NCBI GenBank assembly: GCA_965649765.1
Contig: OZ287754.1
Coordinates: 35,464,001-35,528,000 of the forward strand
Direction of reading: 5' to 3'
DNA length: 64,000 nucleotides
Origin: Bispira polyomma
Taxonomy: Eukaryota
In this document: piece after piece, positions 27,280 through 40,155 of the stretch
Numbering within the stretch: the first letter of the stretch is position 1
Layout of the letters: every line of letters begins with the position of its first letter
The notes under the pieces: generated by a model
What the model was told of the DNA's origin: nothing
What the model saw: the letters and a program-made list of their open reading frames with translations, nothing else
Databases searched by the model: none
Translations under genes and position numbers: made by a program

Positions 27280-27915
27280 GATGGCATTTGGCACACTACA
27301 ACTCCCGATCGCTGGCGTGCACTGAGTGACAGATTTGCAACCAGATGGAACTTTCCTCATGCTGTGGGTGCAATCGACAGGAAACACATTGCAATCAAGG
27401 CTCCTCAGTGTACCACAACTACAAGGGCTTCTTCTCCATCATCCTCCTTAATGTTGTCGATGCAGATTACCGCTTTATCTGGGTAGATGTCGGTGGCAAC
27501 GATGCTACATCGGATTGTTCCTTGTTGAACAACTCTGACCTGAAAACAAAACTTAATAATCAGACACTTGATTTACCACCTGCTGAGCTACTTCCAGATG
27601 ATGTTCAGGACATACCATACTTTTTGATTGGTGACGATGACTTTGGGTTGGCCCCCTACATCATGAAGCCATTCCTTCAACTCCAGATGACAGATAAAGG
27701 GAGAATATTTAACTACAGGTTATCTCGTGCCCGAAGGATTGTTATCCTCGCTAATAGGTTTGGCGCCCTTCTGACTACCCTTCTATAAGGCCCAGAAACT
27801 GTTAAGTCATTTGTGTTGGCATGCAGTTTTCACATAGGGTCAAGATACAGAAAACATACTTAAAACATTATTACAATAACGTTGGTGCTGTACCATGGCA
27901 GAGAGACATGCTTTA
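27280..27915 (+). pseudogene. Harbinger (HARBI1-like DDE) transposase remnant
   Basis: [18 protein letters not shown]; [28 protein letters not shown]; PYFLIGDD...YIMKPF...IFNYRLSRARR. Confidence 0.9.
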
Positions 27916-28429
27916 AGTGACTGTGACTATTTGTTGCTATGTGTGTTACTTTTACATTTGTTATTTGAAATCAAAGTAAATTGTTTATACAATAAATTGC
28001 CTCTGCACAGAAGTTCATTTCATTGTTTTCATTGTCTATGTTAAAACTTGTATTCAAATCACTAAAACATTTTCTGAAATAGAGAAGCTTGACCATAACC
28101 ACTTATAGAATAATCTTTAGCCTGCAACTGGGGGGATAGGATCCAGTGGCAGAGGGCCACTACAAGAAGTGTTTATCTTAAGCACTAGCCAGAGCAAGAT
28201 TTAGATCTTGTCCAAGGATATTGTCTACCAATGGAAGTATGGACTTTAAGCTAGCAAGTGGACAACAGGAGACCATACAAGAACTTGACCTTGTGTGAAT
28301 TTCAGATAATAAATGTTGTGCTATAGTTTCCACCTGACATATCACAACATTTATTATCTGAAGTTGGTATTAATGCTGACCTTCAGATAACGGGGACCTT
28401 GTGTTGTGTAAAACACAGATCCCCAGCAT

Positions 28430-28760
28430 ATTTCATAAGGTCATTCTCAAAAAGGTCAAGTTAAAATCAAAAAGGTCATTCTCAATAAGGTCAAGTTAAA
28501 ATCCAATATGTTCAAGATGTACACCAAAGGTCAAGTTCAATTCCAAAATATTAAAGTTCTACACCAAAGGTCAAGTTTAATTCGACAATGTTCAAGTTGT
28601 GTACCAAAGGTCAGGTTCAATTCGACAATGTTCAAGTTGTGTACCAAAGGTCAGGTTCAATTCGAGAATGTTCAAGTTGTGTACCAAAGGTCAGGTTCAA
28701 TTCGAGAATGTTCAAGTTGTACACTGAGGTCCGGTTCAAGTTAAAAAGTTCAAGTTGATT
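28430..28760. repeat. 40-bp minisatellite (gtaccaaaggtcaggttcaattcgacaatgttcaagttgt)
   Basis: About 6 full units plus degenerate flanking units. Confidence 0.9.
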
Positions 28761-28859
28761 TCCTGAAGTTAAATTTTGAAGTTAATAATTTATTTCAAGT
28801 GACAAAATCAGTAAGTAACAACAAAAGAATTTGTTAAACAAAAAAGCATCCACTTAAAT

Positions 28860-29680
28860 ATTCACTTAAAGATTATGTACATGTATAGGTTACAAAATGG
28901 CTTTGTGCAAGAATATCTCAGACAAATATGTCCCCCTGTCGTGTCTGTTACACCGATTTATGAATTAAGATATAAGAAAAGAGATTACGAAAATTAAGCC
29001 AATGAAAACTAAAAAGAACTACTTTTACACATCATTTTTTTTCATCGACTATAAGAGAATGGAACCTCCTAAATCCAAGTGTACAAGCTACATTGTCGAT
29101 AGAAACATTCAAGGCAAAATTAAAAGCAAAACATAAATTTTCCAAAGTGTATGTATGGCACTACAGTAAAGCTTCTGTACATCATAGTAGGATCAGAATG
29201 GGTTTGAGTGCTTTAAACCAACACAAAAATTGTTTAATTTGATTGAATCTGGGGTATGCCCTTATTGTGGCGAAATTAAGGAAGATGCCAAACATTTCTT
29301 TTTGATATGTCCGTCCTTTGCTGTTCTAAGGTTGGAAATGCTACAGAAAGTAAACATAGAAATACCTGAAATGAAATTTAACTTTAATGAAAATAAACTA
29401 CTTCAAATAATTATAAATGGCACCGGTAGTTTTGATGTTGATAAAATATTATTTGAAATTGTGCATTTATATATAGGAAATTCCAAAAGATTCAGTTAAT
29501 TGTAAATTGTATATCTGTATCATTGATAAATGTATGATGTATTGTAAAAACGATTGTTATGTGTAACCTATATTTATTATTGTTATAATGCAGTTTGTAA
29601 TTGATATGTTAATTTTGGACAAGAGCTTCTAGTGGCCTCACGGCTGTGGGTAATTGTCATGAAATAAATAATGTTTAAAT
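28860..29680 (+). mobile_element. 3' end of a CR1-like LINE
   Basis: SFFSSTIREWNLL...IETFKAKLK; HSRIRMGLSALNQH; CPYCGEIKEDAKHFFLICP (CCHC finger); AT-rich 3' UTR. Confidence 0.8.
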
Positions 29681-29815
29681 TAAAAAAAATGCAATAGTCC
29701 ACAACAAAAGGTCCTTCCAAACAGGAATGCCACAATATCACCAGGTGGTGTGAAGGAGGATAACCCTGAAGCTTGGCCAGGCTAAGCAGAGGCAGGCTGC
29801 ACAAGTGGCTGAGAG

Positions 29816-30085
29816 ATTGATCAATTGATTGATTTGAATATTTAACGTCCACTCTAGTACATTTTAGTAGGTTATATTTGGACGGATAGTTGAAACGCTG
29901 GAGGAAACACTATTCACAGTTGATCAAGATTCTGCACCGAAACCAGCGGCCTACAGTAAGGAACTATCACCTTTCCCACATAGACATCATCGGGGGAAAA
30001 ATCCGGACCTATCGATCTCCAGAGGTGGAAGGCCAGTGATTGTAAAGCGCACTGCTTGCTAACCACTGTGCCAGCGCGGCCCCCC
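29816..30085 (-). mobile_element. tRNA-derived SINE with (AATC)n tail
   Basis: Head GGGGGCCGCGCTGGCACAGTGGTTAG (A box); tail caaatcaatcaattgatcaatc; 14-bp TSD CAAGTG(G/A)CTGAGAG at 29802-29815 and 30086-30099. Confidence 0.8.
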
Positions 30086-30594
30086 CAAGTGACTGAGAGG
30101 AGACTGTTTGTGGTATTATCTGTGCATAAAACCAGCCCACAGCTTGTCCGTGAGAGATCAAGCCAGCAAAAGAAGGACAGTCTGGGGTTGTTGGCTACAG
30201 TCACCATAGACTGTAGTGGGTCGTTACAATGTGTGGTCGTGAAGTGGTCAACTGGCCGGTGCTGGGCTGACCGGTCTTGAATCAGAAAGGTTGGGCGGTT
30301 CAGGCTGACAACAAAAGTTGCTGTGGAGGCAATGTTGGACAGCTCCTCATCATGATTGGCAGGGGAGGCGCCATCCCCAGCCTACGATTCTCAGAACAGT
30401 CTACTAGAGGCGCCACCAGGAATGTGAATGAGCTAAGTGTCCATGTCTGGCATGCAGTGTAGAGCTTGGATGCCTGTCTGGACTTGGACTTCTTTTTTAG
30501 TTTGCCATAGTCCGCATGAACTTAAACCATGTGTTGATTCTTTTACCCTAATGTTAACCTAAGACACATACAGTTACAGTTGTAATTAGATATT

Positions 30595-32300
30595 AATGCA
30601 AAGGCATAACTATCAATAAGGTTGATTTCAAAATCACACAGTTTGCTGACGATATCACTCTTATTCTTGATGGTTAACAAAGCTCTTTGCGGGCTGCTTT
30701 GAACACAATTAAAACTTATGGAACCTACTCAGGGCTTAAGATGAATACCAGTAAAACAAAAATAATTTGGATTGGAAGGAAAAAGTATTCAAAAGACAAG
30801 TTAGCCATAACTTCCAAATTAGAATGGGGTACTGAACACTTTAATTTACTGGGAATTTTATTTTCTGTCAATTTAGAAGAAATTCCATACTTAAATTATT
30901 CTAGTGCTCTAGAAAAAGCTAGTAAACTGATAAATGCTTGGAAGAAACGAGACTTAACTCCACTAGGCAAGATTACAATTATTAAAACCTTTATCTTGTC
31001 ACAGTTCAATCGCCTTTTTATGACTCTTCCATCACCAGGTACAACCTTTTTGAAGCAGATTAAAACAATACTCTTCTCTTATCTTTGGAATAATAAACCT
31101 GACAAAGTTAAGCGTCGATATGTTGTACAGGATTACAAAGATGGTGGTCTTATAATGTTAAATTTAGACTGTCACATTCAGGCAATAAAATTGACCTGGA
31201 TCAGCCGAATTTTTAAAGGTGAATCAACGGCTTGGCTGGAACTTTTCGAAAACACCATATGTGACACTTCTATGCTATTTAAGTTTGGACCTACTTGGTA
31301 TAAAAATATCTGTAGCAATATTTGCAATTCATTCTGGAAAGAAGTATTGGACAGTTGGGCAAAATATTGTGAGTGTATTACTTTCAAAGACAACAATGAT
31401 ATTTTATCTTCACCAATACGGTTTTACAACAAGATTTCTAAGACCACATTATTTTTTCCCAACTGGTATAAACATGGGGTAGTATTTGTTGGAGATCTTA
31501 TTGATCAAAATGGATAATTTTTCTGCCAAAGAGAAATTGAGAGTAACTTTTCCATGAAAATTACAAATTTTCTAGAACACATCAAACTAAAAACTGAAAT
31601 CAACACTTTTATCAGAAAATTTAAGAAAGATAACGCACTTCTCTTTAAACAGCCATGCATTCCGAACTATTTATTACATATGAAGTTTGGAGCGAAAGAT
31701 TTTTATATTATTTTAAATAATATATATTTAGACATGGGTTTAAAAATAAATGGAACAACGAGCTAGAAATAAATATTGATAATTGTACCTGGCAGTATGT
31801 TTTTAAGATCTGCTTCAAAACTATTGAGGACAACTATCTAAAATGGTTTCAGTACAGAATTTTACACCGTATACTTCGTACCCAAAAACTTCTTTACAAA
31901 ATGGGGAAAACAGACTCTCAAAACTGTATGGTTTGCAATGCATCAAACGAATCTTTAAGACACTTATTTTTTCTCTGTCCGTATTATCAAGAATTGTGGC
32001 AAAATCTATAAATATGGATTTCCAGCAAAACAGGTTACAATTTGAAACTGAATTCCCAGGAAATTATTTTAGGATATTTTTTCACAGACAGTACCTTCCT
32101 TCCAATCAATACGATTCTAATTGCTACAAAAAATTCCATATATACCAATTCAAGGAACTCACTGGCCTTCAAAATGTCTGAATTACAAAAAAAAATTTTA
32201 ATTTTATATGAAGAACAAAAACTATTGGCCAAATTGAATTTTAATGAAGAAACATAACATAAAAAAACTGGCATACATTTAAAAGTTTATTGAATTAAAT
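30595..32300 (+). mobile_element. 5'-truncated L1/Tx1-clade LINE (RT C-terminus + zf-RVT)
   Basis: QFADDITL; SGLKMNTSKT; WKKRDLTPLGKITIIKT; YKDGGL; KWFQYRILHRIL; CMVC...HLFFLCP. Confidence 0.88.
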
Positions 32301-32596
32301 ATATATAAACTTTTATCTGGCACATAACTAACCTTCAGTTGTATGATCAGTATATAATATTAGTGTATTTAGTGTATATAATTAACCTAAAAGTGCTACA
32401 GTCACTGTAATATATTAGGTGTAAATGTATGGTATCGTAATCAAAATGTTACTGTAATTAATATGTTTATGACCCCACTGGTTCACCTCTCTGCCAGGGT
32501 GTGTGTACCACAAGTTTTTGTAATGGCAGGACTGTATTGCAAATAAAAATATTTAAATATAAAAAAAATTAAAAAAAAGATATTAATGCAACTTAC

Positions 32597-33790
32597 CAGT
32601 GAGCCCAAAGCTCTCTCCTTGTTTAGCCAGCAGCCGGTTCTTCTTGGCCCTATTTTTAAAGTCACGGAGAGACTGGTCATAAAACATGGGTTTTGCTGCA
32701 AAGAAGGCCACCAACTCCTCCTCCTTCTTGTCGGTCAGTTGGTCTGTAACCTTCATCCTCTTGGTGGCCCCGTCATAGTCATCGTCATTGTCCAAATCCT
32801 GAGTATTCTGCTCAGGGTTAAGCTGTGTGCTTCCAGATGCAATGGTTTCACTGGTAAGACTGTGCCTTCTGGTACAGTGTTGACAGCACCCTAAGATGTG
32901 TCAGTTGCTTCAGCAATATATATCACAACCCCCACTAACTCAGTTTTATCCTGAAACGGGGCTTCCTGTGTGAGAAGAACCTCCTCAGTGTCTGCCTTCT
33001 TCTTGCCTTTCTGCTTGCCCTTCTTGGTAACAACTACAGGAGCCATTATTAAAAGTTTATAAATGTTTACTTGCATTTCAAGAACTAAAATGCAGTAGTA
33101 AAAACGTCCTCGCACACCAAAGACCTCATTAAAACTGATTGCCGAATACTGAAGGGCACCTATTTATACCCTGTAGAAGTTTTCAATTGGTCGCCGTCCT
33201 GGGGGAGTGGATTTTAAAACAATAGCGGAGTGTTCTCGGGGATTAGTGGCAGACTGGTTGGATACTGAATAGAAATCAGTGAATAGTGGTCGGGGACTTT
33301 CTATTGATGTGTCACATGTCGGCGACGGGTGGTGAAGTTACTCGGGGATTGTTTGTACAACTGATTAAAGATTAGTCGCCACCCTGCTGGGATAACTAAA
33401 TACTGGTTTTCAGATCGAGTTATCTTCAGACATGTCAAAGACAGATGTCAGATAGCTTCCCGATTAAAAATATGGAAGACCTGTTAAAGACAAACAAAAA
33501 CCTCTGGGGAGTTGTGGCACGGAGGTGCCACGTTCTAGGGAACTGGTCGCAGATCAGTGGGAGATCAAACAAAGACCTCCCGCAACCTTTTGAATCGTAG
33601 AGAGGAATCACTTGTAAGTCAAGTAACCTCTCTATGAATGAAAACATGTTAAGATCAACAAGGATCTAGCGGAACCTCCAGCAAGGATCAGACACAAGAG
33701 AGTTTAAAGATTACAAAAGACTTCCAGCAACCTAACACATTCTTCAGGTCGCACCTCTCTAACCGGTCGTGTGCACTGTGTAACTGGGTT
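32597..33790 (-). mobile_element. End of a PIF/Harbinger element with the first exon of its MADF ORF (33046-32597)
   Basis: KEEELVAFFAAKPMFYDQSLRDFKNRAKKNRL (MADF-like) ends at a GT donor; a terminus-like sequence aaacccagttacacagtgcacacgaccgg lies near 33790. Confidence 0.6.
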
Positions 33791-35269
33791 TAAATAAGGA
33801 CTGAAGCTCTTGCCTGTAGCATTTGCTTTTGCCTAACCAACGAGTACATTCATTCTGGATGTCATTTAGTATATCTTGTAGAATATTGTATTGTAAGGAA
33901 TATAACATTTGCCACCATCTAAAATTTGCCACCTAGAAAATTTTGTTTTTTTGGGTAGAATTATGGTAATTATTTGCTTAAATTGATTAATTTTCCTTCC
34001 AGTTATTTTTTGCCAGTTTTTATTTATTTTGCTTAAATTTAAGAGGTGGCGAATTATAGATACAGTAGCAGATTTGAGATTCATACTGTATCAAGCTAAG
34101 GAAAAAAATATATGGTGAACCCAATAAATTGCATACAGGTTAACTGCTGTATTTTAAAGGATAAAAAATACAGAAGCTATATATGTCATAATATGAATAA
34201 CCATATGGGGTCAGTAATGGATGGTTTTATGGCAGGAAATATATTTTTTTTGTTTGGTGATTTGTAAAATGTTTGTGCATACAACAGCGACAGTTTAATA
34301 AAAAAAATTTCATCTGTAATTGGATTAAACATGGGCTTTGATTAGCAAGGCATAATTTTAAGTGTGATAGATTTGTTTGGGGTGCTATAGTGGCTTCTGT
34401 ACTGATGACTAGTACTTTCTATTGTCTATAAGAATGGTGATATATGTAGTTTAATCTACCTCACTCCATTTCATTGACAAAGGATGCACATTTTTATGGG
34501 GATACACTATTTACTGATAAATTGTGTACCCATTCATTTTTGTCTGTTCGTTTGTTCTCTAGCTGTCACTGACTGCTTGTGTTATATTTGTGAATAAAAG
34601 TATAGTACAGAAAAAGCACACGTGATCTTCCGAGCATGCGCAGTGACGCGATCGTTATCTTTTTCCTAATTTATTCTCACTAAGACGTAAAATTGACCCC
34701 AAAAGTCAAGACAGCAATTTTTAAAGGCAGATCTCTCACATTTCTACTTGTGAAAATCAACGATGTTACCAGTAAAGCTACAATTTTAAGATTCCTATGA
34801 CTGTAAAGAGTAATTTATACACTGTCTGAAACTTTTTACAAAATTAAATTCTGTCTGATACTCACTGAGATCTATACATTTAAAAATAATTGTTTATATC
34901 AGACATTTTGAAAGCTCCACCTAGAGAGTTCTACGAAACAGTAAAGTTCTCGAGTTCTAGAGTTCTAAAAATAATTCACCACAGCCGCCATCTAAAAAAC
35001 AGTTTTCGGATATTTTTTGGAAAAGTCACCGCTTACTGTGACTGGTTCACTATTTCCTGACTCGTCAGTAGCTTGCTTTGTAGTGACATTATCATGATAT
35101 GCCCGCCAGGCCATTCTCCTTATTTTAAAAAAACCTAGAATGTGTACCCTTGTTTGAGTGGGATCTTCGACTATGTGAGTGTGAACCCCTATTTCACTAT
35201 TCCTAGATATAACCATGTGGGCGTGAGCCCTTCAGAGCCTGTCAAGTTTACTGGTATCTTGTCATGCCA

Positions 35270-35700
35270 CCTTACCATCTTTCATTTGGCAAAGGAGGAC
35301 AGCTTGATTTCCCTTGGCCGCCAATGAGACGTTATGACTGTCCTCCATAATTTATGTCAAGTATTCCAACATAGTATTTGTTATTATCTATTAATTATCT
35401 GAACGAAGCAATAGACCCACTAGGCCATGGTTAAGCTGGCATATGTACATCTGGCTTTAGTGTGACCTCCAGTATATAATTATGTGGCCAAGGTACTTAC
35501 CTCTTAAATAGAATGTTTGCAGTGCCCCCTCCCCCCTCCGTTTGTGATTTGAATGCACCTGTTTTGTTTAATTCTTGGAATTCTTGGAGTCTGCTGTCCA
35601 CTTCATCCTGTAGGTGCTGTGAAACATGCAACGTCTGCATGGTGGGGACGATCAGGTCAGATGTCGACTTTATTGATTCTAGGCATCTTCTAAAGTGCAA
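35270..35700 (-). mobile_element. DIRS/Ngaro gag fragment
   Basis: IVPTMQTL...LQDEVDSRL...FKSQ...VPWPHNYIL is homologous to the gags at 11830-12816 and 36729-37670. Confidence 0.65.
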
Positions 35701-35782
35701 CAGCAAAATCATTGGTCCAATTATTAAGTCCATGGTCATTGCAAAGTCGTAAGGAAGGAAGTGGGAGTGTGCATGAGGGAAG

Positions 35783-36465
35783 CTAAGGTGGGTAGGCAAG
35801 ATTAAAAAGATAGGTTTTAAGCTTATTCCTAAAACTGATAAATGTGTCAACTGATCTGAGGTCGACTTGGAGACTGTTCCATAACCTTGGAGCTGCAGAA
35901 CGCTCTGAATCCCGCCTTTCTGATTGGTCTGACCGAAGTGACAGAGAGTCTGTTGCCTTTCTTGCGGTTACTGAGGGAAAGAAGGGAGGCAAGGTAGGGT
36001 GGCTGTTGAGTGACCACAGCCTTCAAAGTGGTAACGTGAATCTTAAACAACATTTAAGATTGTATGGGCAACCAGTGCAATTTTTTGAGGTAAGGAGTGA
36101 CGTCTGAGCGACAACCCAGGCGAAAAATGACCCTACATAGGTAGTTTTGGATGGACTGGAGCCCTTCAATGCCTGACTTGTTTGCTCCATACAAGAGAGA
36201 ATTGCAATAGCCACAAGGGCATTTGCCACAGTTATCGCTGTGTCCATGGACAAGTGGTTTCTGATTCTTTTGATGTCGTGTATGTGGTAATAGCAGGAGC
36301 GACAGATGTTGGCAATATGAGTATCAAACGAAAAAGCTGAATCAAAAGTGACACCCAGGTTTTTGGTATTTTCGGAAGGTAATATGTCTTTTCCCAGCAG
36401 GGAGATGGGAAACAAAGATTTTAGGAGTTCACTGTTTTTTTTGTTTCCTATGAGGATGAATTCTA
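35783..36465 (-). mobile_element. L2 LINE 3' fragment
   Basis: EFILIG...KNLGVTFDS...ICRSCYYHIHDIKRIR...AAPRLWNSL...SFRNKLKTYLFNLAYPP. Confidence 0.88.
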
Positions 36466-36728
36466 TTTTATATAATGTACACACAACATCAGATAGTTTA
36501 TATTACGAAAAAACATTGGTGGGCTGACGCCTTGGTGTCAGCCCCCTTAGTTCTGGTATCAGGCTACTGGGGGGCCAATTAGGCCACCTGGGGTCACGAG
36601 GGTACATATATAAGGTTTTGGCGCCAACCAGCACCATCATTAAAACTTTAACTGGTCAAAGTGACAGTGCTTTTACAATTGGGCGTTTACTACCCCTTTT
36701 TAATGTTTTAAAGCTTTTAAATTTTGTC

Positions 36729-37670
36729 ATGGCTCCAAAACGAGAATACCAGTGTAATGCATGTATGGGGAGACACAAATGCCCTGTGGGCAAAAAATGA
36801 TTTATTGATGCCAGCGTCGCTGAAGATGTACCTACGGTTGAATCCAGTGCTGGTCAGTCGGATTCGGTGTCTGAGCTAATTTTACAACAATTGCAGTCTC
36901 TCAATAGTAAAATGGACAGCATGGATCAACGTATCTTACCTACTACCAACTACCAGTGCTAATGTAGTTTCCAATGTTGTTACCCCAAGTATAATTGAAC
37001 CAGTGGTGGAGGCAGTAGTTCCGTCTCTAGATTTTCTGCGGTCAAACGAAAATTTACAAAACCAAGTGGACTAACGGCTACTCCAGCTCCAGCAGCTCAA
37101 TCAACTGACTGGAGCAGGTAAACTTAAGTCCCAACGTGGGGGTACGGATGCTCATATCAAGAGGGCAGTCGATTGGCCTTAAAATTTCGTGCTCTCGGGG
37201 CTAAGAAGGTTAGACCCACCTATGATGACTTAACCTTGGTTCAGTTTACTTCGGGATTCATAAGGTGTGTGCAAGAACAAAAATCCCCGGAAATTAAAGA
37301 AGCCATGTTGGAATATTTTGCCAATCTTATGGATGACGCACACAACTTTTCGTGGGAAGCTGCTAAAGCTTCCCATGACATCCTTTTAACCAACATGGAA
37401 TTGGACCACCTTAAGTGGACTGATGTGGACAAGGTCGATCGAATCCGTCGGGCACATGCCCAACGTCACATATCGGGCAGTTCCAGTAGTGGTACGGGTT
37501 CCAAATTCATTGGTAGTAAAACAAAGTTGCCAAGCAAGAGTCAGGGCGTGATATGTAGATTTTTTCAGGAGGGGACCTGTAAGTTCAATGCTACCCATAG
37601 AATACGGGGCAACTCTTCTAACATTGTTGTGAAACTTGTGATGGCAGCCATCAAACAAAATTGTGTCTAA
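36729..37670 (+). pseudogene. DIRS/Ngaro gag-like ORF with a C-terminal CCCH finger (stops and frameshifts)
   Basis: CNACMGRHKCPVGKK; KLKSQRGG; RPTYDDLT; LMDDAHNFSWEAAKASH; DRIRRAHAQRH; CRFFQEGTCKFNATH. Confidence 0.8.
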
Positions 37671-38479
37671 AAAAGTAAAAAAAGTAAGGGCCCACTGCAG
37701 AAATGCAGTGGGGAAACCAGTATTTAGCCGAGTTGTGCATCATTCAAAGTTTACAACAAGGCTGGTCGATTTATCTTTATGAGATTGTGTTGGATTTAAG
37801 ACCTATGTTTTTCAGTTAAGACTTATCTCTTCCTTCCAAAGACTTTTGGGCCCTCTAGACTTATCTTTTCAATCTTTATATGCAAATTTTCCCGCCTTTT
37901 TTCAAAAATTGTAGGGAAGTACCAAGGATTGGCCAGGATCATATAATCGAAGCCCCTCCCGATTATAGTCTTGATAGTGGAACAGCCCCATTTAAAGGGT
38001 CCTACAAACCATGGACTACGCAACACTACAGGAGACTACACAACATTGCACGACAGTCATATTCACACCATACACGACACTACACCACGCAATCCATGTA
38101 AAAGTGTGAATGTACCTCCCCGGCCCCTCAAAAAAATCACACACAATACTCTTATTACATATATACATAAGAAAAGCGACACGACGTGTTTTAGAGATTT
38201 TAAGCTTACCCCTCTCCCCCATACTAACATTTTTAGATTTACATAAAATTGGAATTCTCAATATAAAGACGTTTAGTTGATCTTGTCAACTCTTGTTCAA
38301 GCCTGTATCCATTGCCTTAAGATGATCCATTTAAACTATAATGCTAACTCTAATTGGCAAGGGATAATATATCATCAGAGTGGTAACTTAAAATCAATTT
38401 CACGTTACTCCCTGAGGTAATAAAAATTTATTTTAAATTACTGGCGTGTAATCTATAATCGATTTTAAACCCTATTGTT

Positions 38480-39310
38480 AACTCAATCTGGATAGAACTA
38501 AATTCATTTTGTTTGGCTCCTATTCACAACTTGAGAATTTGGCTCATAATGTCCCAGCCAATTTCTGGAAAACATGAATGAAATAAGCTCTACATGCTCC
38601 CTGCTGATACTGCCAGAAACCTTGGTGTCATGTTTGACTCTGATTTCTCATTATCTAAACTTGTCCAATCAGTGTGTAGAGCTTATTTCATTCAGTTGAG
38701 AGATCTAAGAGGAGTGAGACATTACCTGTCTATTGCTACTGCAACCATGTTGGAAAATGCCCTGGTCAGGGGTTATCTTGATTACTCTAGCTCTATTTTT
38801 CAGAGGTCTGGCTGCGACTATAAAAACAGTTTTTCTCTGATAATAATGAGAAATTCCATGTTTACTCACACGTCTGTTTTAAAAATTCTCTACTGGTTTT
38901 CGATCAAATATAGGGCAATATTTAAAACTGCTACCTTAATATATAAATAGCTCAATTCAGGTCTCCCTCGGTATTTCAGTCTTTACTTATCTCCCTATTT
39001 ATGCCAACTCAATACAAGAGTAGCCTTGATAATGTTTTTTAAGTGTATCTAGTTTTATACTATCAGTTCAAAAGTCAAAAGGCATTTAAACAATAGTTTA
39101 TCATAAGATGCTGCTAAGCTATTGAATGATCTGCCTCATGATATTCGCACTGCTCCCTCAATTACCTGCTTTAGAAAGAAGTGTCTCTATGGTCATGATC
39201 CCTGTATGTCCAATAGCTATGGCAAATTATGACAATGATTTCCTGTCTCATACTCCTTAGAATCCGCTAGCACGAAGATAATCGATATAAAAGTTAGATT
39301 ATATTAGATT
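38480..39310 (+). mobile_element. L2 LINE 3' fragment
   Basis: ARNLGVMFDSDFS...QLRDLRGVRHYL...LDYSSS...FKTATLIYK; ends in an (attag)n-like tail. Confidence 0.82.
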
Positions 39311-40155
39311 ATTTGTAACTGATATGCTACATACTAGTTCCACATGATGTATGAATGATTGATACATCGTATAAGTTCATATAATAGGAAAAATATAGTA
39401 TGTATTTCGCACATTTCTTCAAGTAAAAGTACAACTTTAATATCATTCTGATACATAAGCCACCTTACATCATTTTGTGCACGACATACTCCTTTATTTT
39501 AGTTTCTAATTTTTTATAATTCTTTACTCACTGTATTGACCTCCTGTTTACTTATGATTTGATTAAACTGTATATATATAATGTTTTATAAAATCATTTG
39601 GTTCAATAATTATTTATGTAATAACATGGAAAACAAAAAGCTTATACATCAAGAAAAGTGCATGACAAAATGTTATAAAGAAGGTTATATATTTAAGTGT
39701 ATGTATTTTTTTACATAAGTACTGTTAAATTATATATTGCTATTTACAATATTTATTAATCATGACCAAAATGCATAATATTGTTTACAGCTCAGTTAAT
39801 TCTTTTTGGTGAAACCAAATGCAAAGCATGATGTTTAACAGAACCCTGTATGAAATTTTGATTACAAAATAATTAGCTATTTAGATTATTAAGGCTAATG
39901 GAGAAAATTAAACCCTTTTTAAAATTTTATTGTGCTTTAAAATAGAAACAGGGTGAAATAGAATCCGAGTAATATTTTATTAATTGTAATTCAGTGATTC
40001 TAGTCAAATATATAACAGAAAATATTAAAAATATGGTTTAGCATACACAGTTCATTTTCAAATTTCCATTGGAAACTTTAATTGCTTTAGTTAATGTTCA
40101 AATTAAAGTCAAAGGGATTCTTTCTAAAGTTTAGTTTCTTGCCAATATCGTCATC

